The notes beneath the pieces were generated by a model. The model made no database searches. It was not told where the DNA came from and saw nothing but the letters and a program-made list of their open reading frames with translations. A program made the translations under genes and the position numbers. From Candidatus Thorarchaeota archaeon (GTDB lineage: Archaea; Asgardarchaeota; Thorarchaeia; Thorarchaeales; Thorarchaeaceae), in contig CAVSBO010000004.1 in assembly GCA_963726195.1 (NCBI GenBank), forward strand, positions 64,001 through 128,000: a DNA stretch of 64,000 nucleotides, in the 5' to 3' direction. Positions 63,396 through 64,000 of the stretch are shown one piece after another. The first letter of the stretch is position 1. Every line of letters starts with the position of its first letter.

Positions 63396-64000
63396 TCACC
63401 TCTTCTTAGAGAAAGGTTGCCCCCACCGATTCAGGAATGCAATCTGTTCTGGGGGTTGTCTTGGCGGGCCGAGAGTACGTTCGAACTTCGGATAGCCTAG
63501 GGTAAGACATAGGATGGGTACCCAGTGGGGATACGGTATCCCAATCTTCTCACATACAGCACCCACATCATCGAAATGATCGAGTTGGACTGAGGAAACA
63601 CAGCTGCCAAGACCCAGTGAAGTGGCGGCCAATGCCATGTTCATGAGCATCATCGAGCCAGCTATTACGGCATGCCTCGGTGATGACCAACCGAACACGC
63701 CACCGGTGCCTCTCAATGTTGCCTGGGAATTGCCTACATGAGTCTGGTCAACAGCAAGTACCAAGAGGACTGGAGCACCATTGGTTTCCGGTTTTCCCTT
63801 GATGTACTCGAATCTCTGACCAGTGATGAGAATATCGATTGTGTGTTCAAGGCTGACCTTTGATTCAATGTAACTCAGCCTGCGTTCAAGTTCCTGACGC
63901 GGAGTTGCTCTGCCGAAAAGCTGGACTGTACGGTCAACAGCAAGCTGGCCAATGAACTCTTGCAGTTTCTTGTCTCTAATCACAATGATTCTCCAGGGCT
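63396..64000 (-). CDS. Nitroreductase family protein (5' end outside the window)
   Basis: PWRIIV, NMALAATSLGLGSC, LGYP. Confidence 0.85.
   Translation of the reverse strand, partial: PWRIIVIRDKKLQEFIGQLAVDRTVQLFGRATPRQELERRLSYIESKVSLEHTIDILITGQRFEYIKGKPETNGAPVLLVLAVDQTHVGNSQATLRGTGGVFGWSSPRHAVIAGSMMLMNMALAATSLGLGSCVSSVQLDHFDDVGAVCEKIGIPYPHWVPILCLTLGYPKFERTLGPPRQPPEQIAFLNRWGQPFSKKR

Overview
Archaeal chromosomal DNA, most likely Asgard/Thorarchaeota-like (inferred from gene content and style, not from a marker gene). Core metabolic genes include a pyruvate/oxaloacetate carboxyltransferase with its biotin carrier, two thiolase-like + DUF35 pairs, an acyl-CoA dehydrogenase, LeuB/C/D- and LeuA-family genes, a GH36 alpha-galactosidase, panB, a glutamine synthetase, nadE, a P-type ATPase and nitroreductases. 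There are two accessory regions. The first (1-4.9 kb) has twin winged-helix regulators sharing an upstream motif, an AbiV-like ORF and an RHH gene. The second (38.7-47.8 kb) has an ABC cassette and three toxin-antitoxin pairs. More than 20 genes carry single-base indels, most likely assembly error, so many supplied ORFs are fragments. Four candidates stand out. (1) Serially displaced, progressively diverged copies of the 3' end of one DUF35 gene separate cargo cassettes, forming an integrase-free polar insertion array. (2) A ~180-bp intergenic element occurs twice, 23.5 kb apart, with covarying stems, a possible pseudoknot and inverted 10-mer tandem arms. (3) A membrane-anchored protein has ~11 winged-helix repeats resembling the eukaryotic UFL1/DDRGK1 scaffold. 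(4) Nearby is a subtilase with site-1-protease-like architecture. No rRNA, tRNA, CRISPR array, reverse transcriptase or intact integrase/transposase was seen. All family assignments come from motif recognition by eye; no searches were run.
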